Shown here in pieces: positions 59,083 through 59,557 of a DNA stretch of 59,557 nt (position 1 is the stretch's first letter; the number at the start of each line of letters is the position of its first letter). The stretch lies in the IMG/VR virus record IMGVR_UViG_3300018080_000200, positions 1 through 59,557 of that record; one strand, given 5' to 3'. Made by a program: the position numbers and the translations under genes. Source of the DNA: a virus. Lineage: Duplodnaviria; Caudoviricetes. The notes beneath the pieces are model-generated. The model worked only from the letters and a program-made list of their open reading frames with translations. It was not told the origin of the DNA and made no database searches.

Positions 59083-59436
59083 GTACTCCTTATCTAGCAG
59101 AGTAATGTCCCCACCAGATCAACAAAAAGAGTTGGAAAAAAAGGCCCGTAATACTCAACTTTACCACATGGTACTAGGAGCTGCTCCGGCAATACTAGGT
59201 GGTGGAGTTGGAGCAGCAGAACTATTGCGCTCAAAAAATAAAACTTCGGACGATACTCTGAGAGCAGCAGGCCTTGGCCTTGGAACAGGAGCTGGGGCTA
59301 ATTTCGGAAGAAGAACTGGGTATTGGGCAGGGCATGGACTTTCGAGTATTCTTCCGTACTACTTTGGCATTCCTTTTGACAGAGATATTGCTACAACAGT
59401 TCTAGAAAGCCTAGGAACCCTCGGCGGAGGCCTTGG

Positions 59437-59557
59437 AGAACTACCTAGCAAACTAAATAATGAATGATTATGTATGTTTATGAATAAAGAATTCATTTTT
59501 GTAGAATCACTAGTACCGTGGGCTACACGGGATTTTCAAGCCTGTGGACATGGAAGC
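59437..59557 (+). mobile_element. Left part of the 209-bp element (copy 2)
   Basis: Matches 58874-58994 with two substitutions; preceded by GG at 59435-59436. Confidence 0.75.

Larger units (their letters stand above)
58769..59232 (+). repeat. 48-bp identical intragenic duplication
   Basis: tccggcaatactaggtggtggagttggagcagcagaactattgcgctc at 58769-58816 and 59185-59232. Confidence 0.9.
58653..59436 (+). pseudogene. Glycine-zipper gene with internal duplication, interrupted by the 209-bp element
   Basis: Removing 58874-59082 joins ...GLGTG to YSLSSR... in frame; a second insertion follows 59436. Confidence 0.65.

Noticed and set aside
59083-59102. Putative guides targeting other sites in this window
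   Set aside because: Only chance-level 8-nt matches (gtactcct) were found by eye
58874-59557. CRISPR array
   Set aside because: Only two 209-bp units separated by 354 bp of coding sequence; no cas genes and no 25-45-bp repeat/spacer periodicity

Overview
A 59.6-kb, gene-dense and fully co-directional (+ strand) segment of a large tailed bacteriophage with a contractile tail. It carries a head module (putative prohead protease, scaffold, decoration protein, HK97-type major capsid protein), neck proteins, tail sheath and tube, spike, a chaperone pair with a -1 slippery site, tape measure, baseplate and several fibre/receptor-binding proteins. Embedded among these virion genes is a cellular-type multisubunit RNA polymerase, built as a beta+beta'(N) fusion carrying NADFDGD plus a separate beta'(C) gene, and a sigma70-family factor. 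This resembles the 'multi-subunit RNAP-encoding Caudovirales' type. About 20 proteins carry K-x-A motifs, and about nine share an N-terminal G[FY]-x(2-7)-K-x-[ASG] leader, often followed by glycine zippers. This suggests a head-targeting and protease-processing system for ejected cargo. The ends overlap by 35 bp inside one of two copies of a 209-bp, GG-flanked, structured element resembling a non-autonomous IS607/TnpB omega-RNA unit. No terminase, portal, replication, integrase or endolysin gene was recognised, so the circle may be a repeat-induced assembly sub-circle. All product calls come from motif reading and synteny; no database searches were run.
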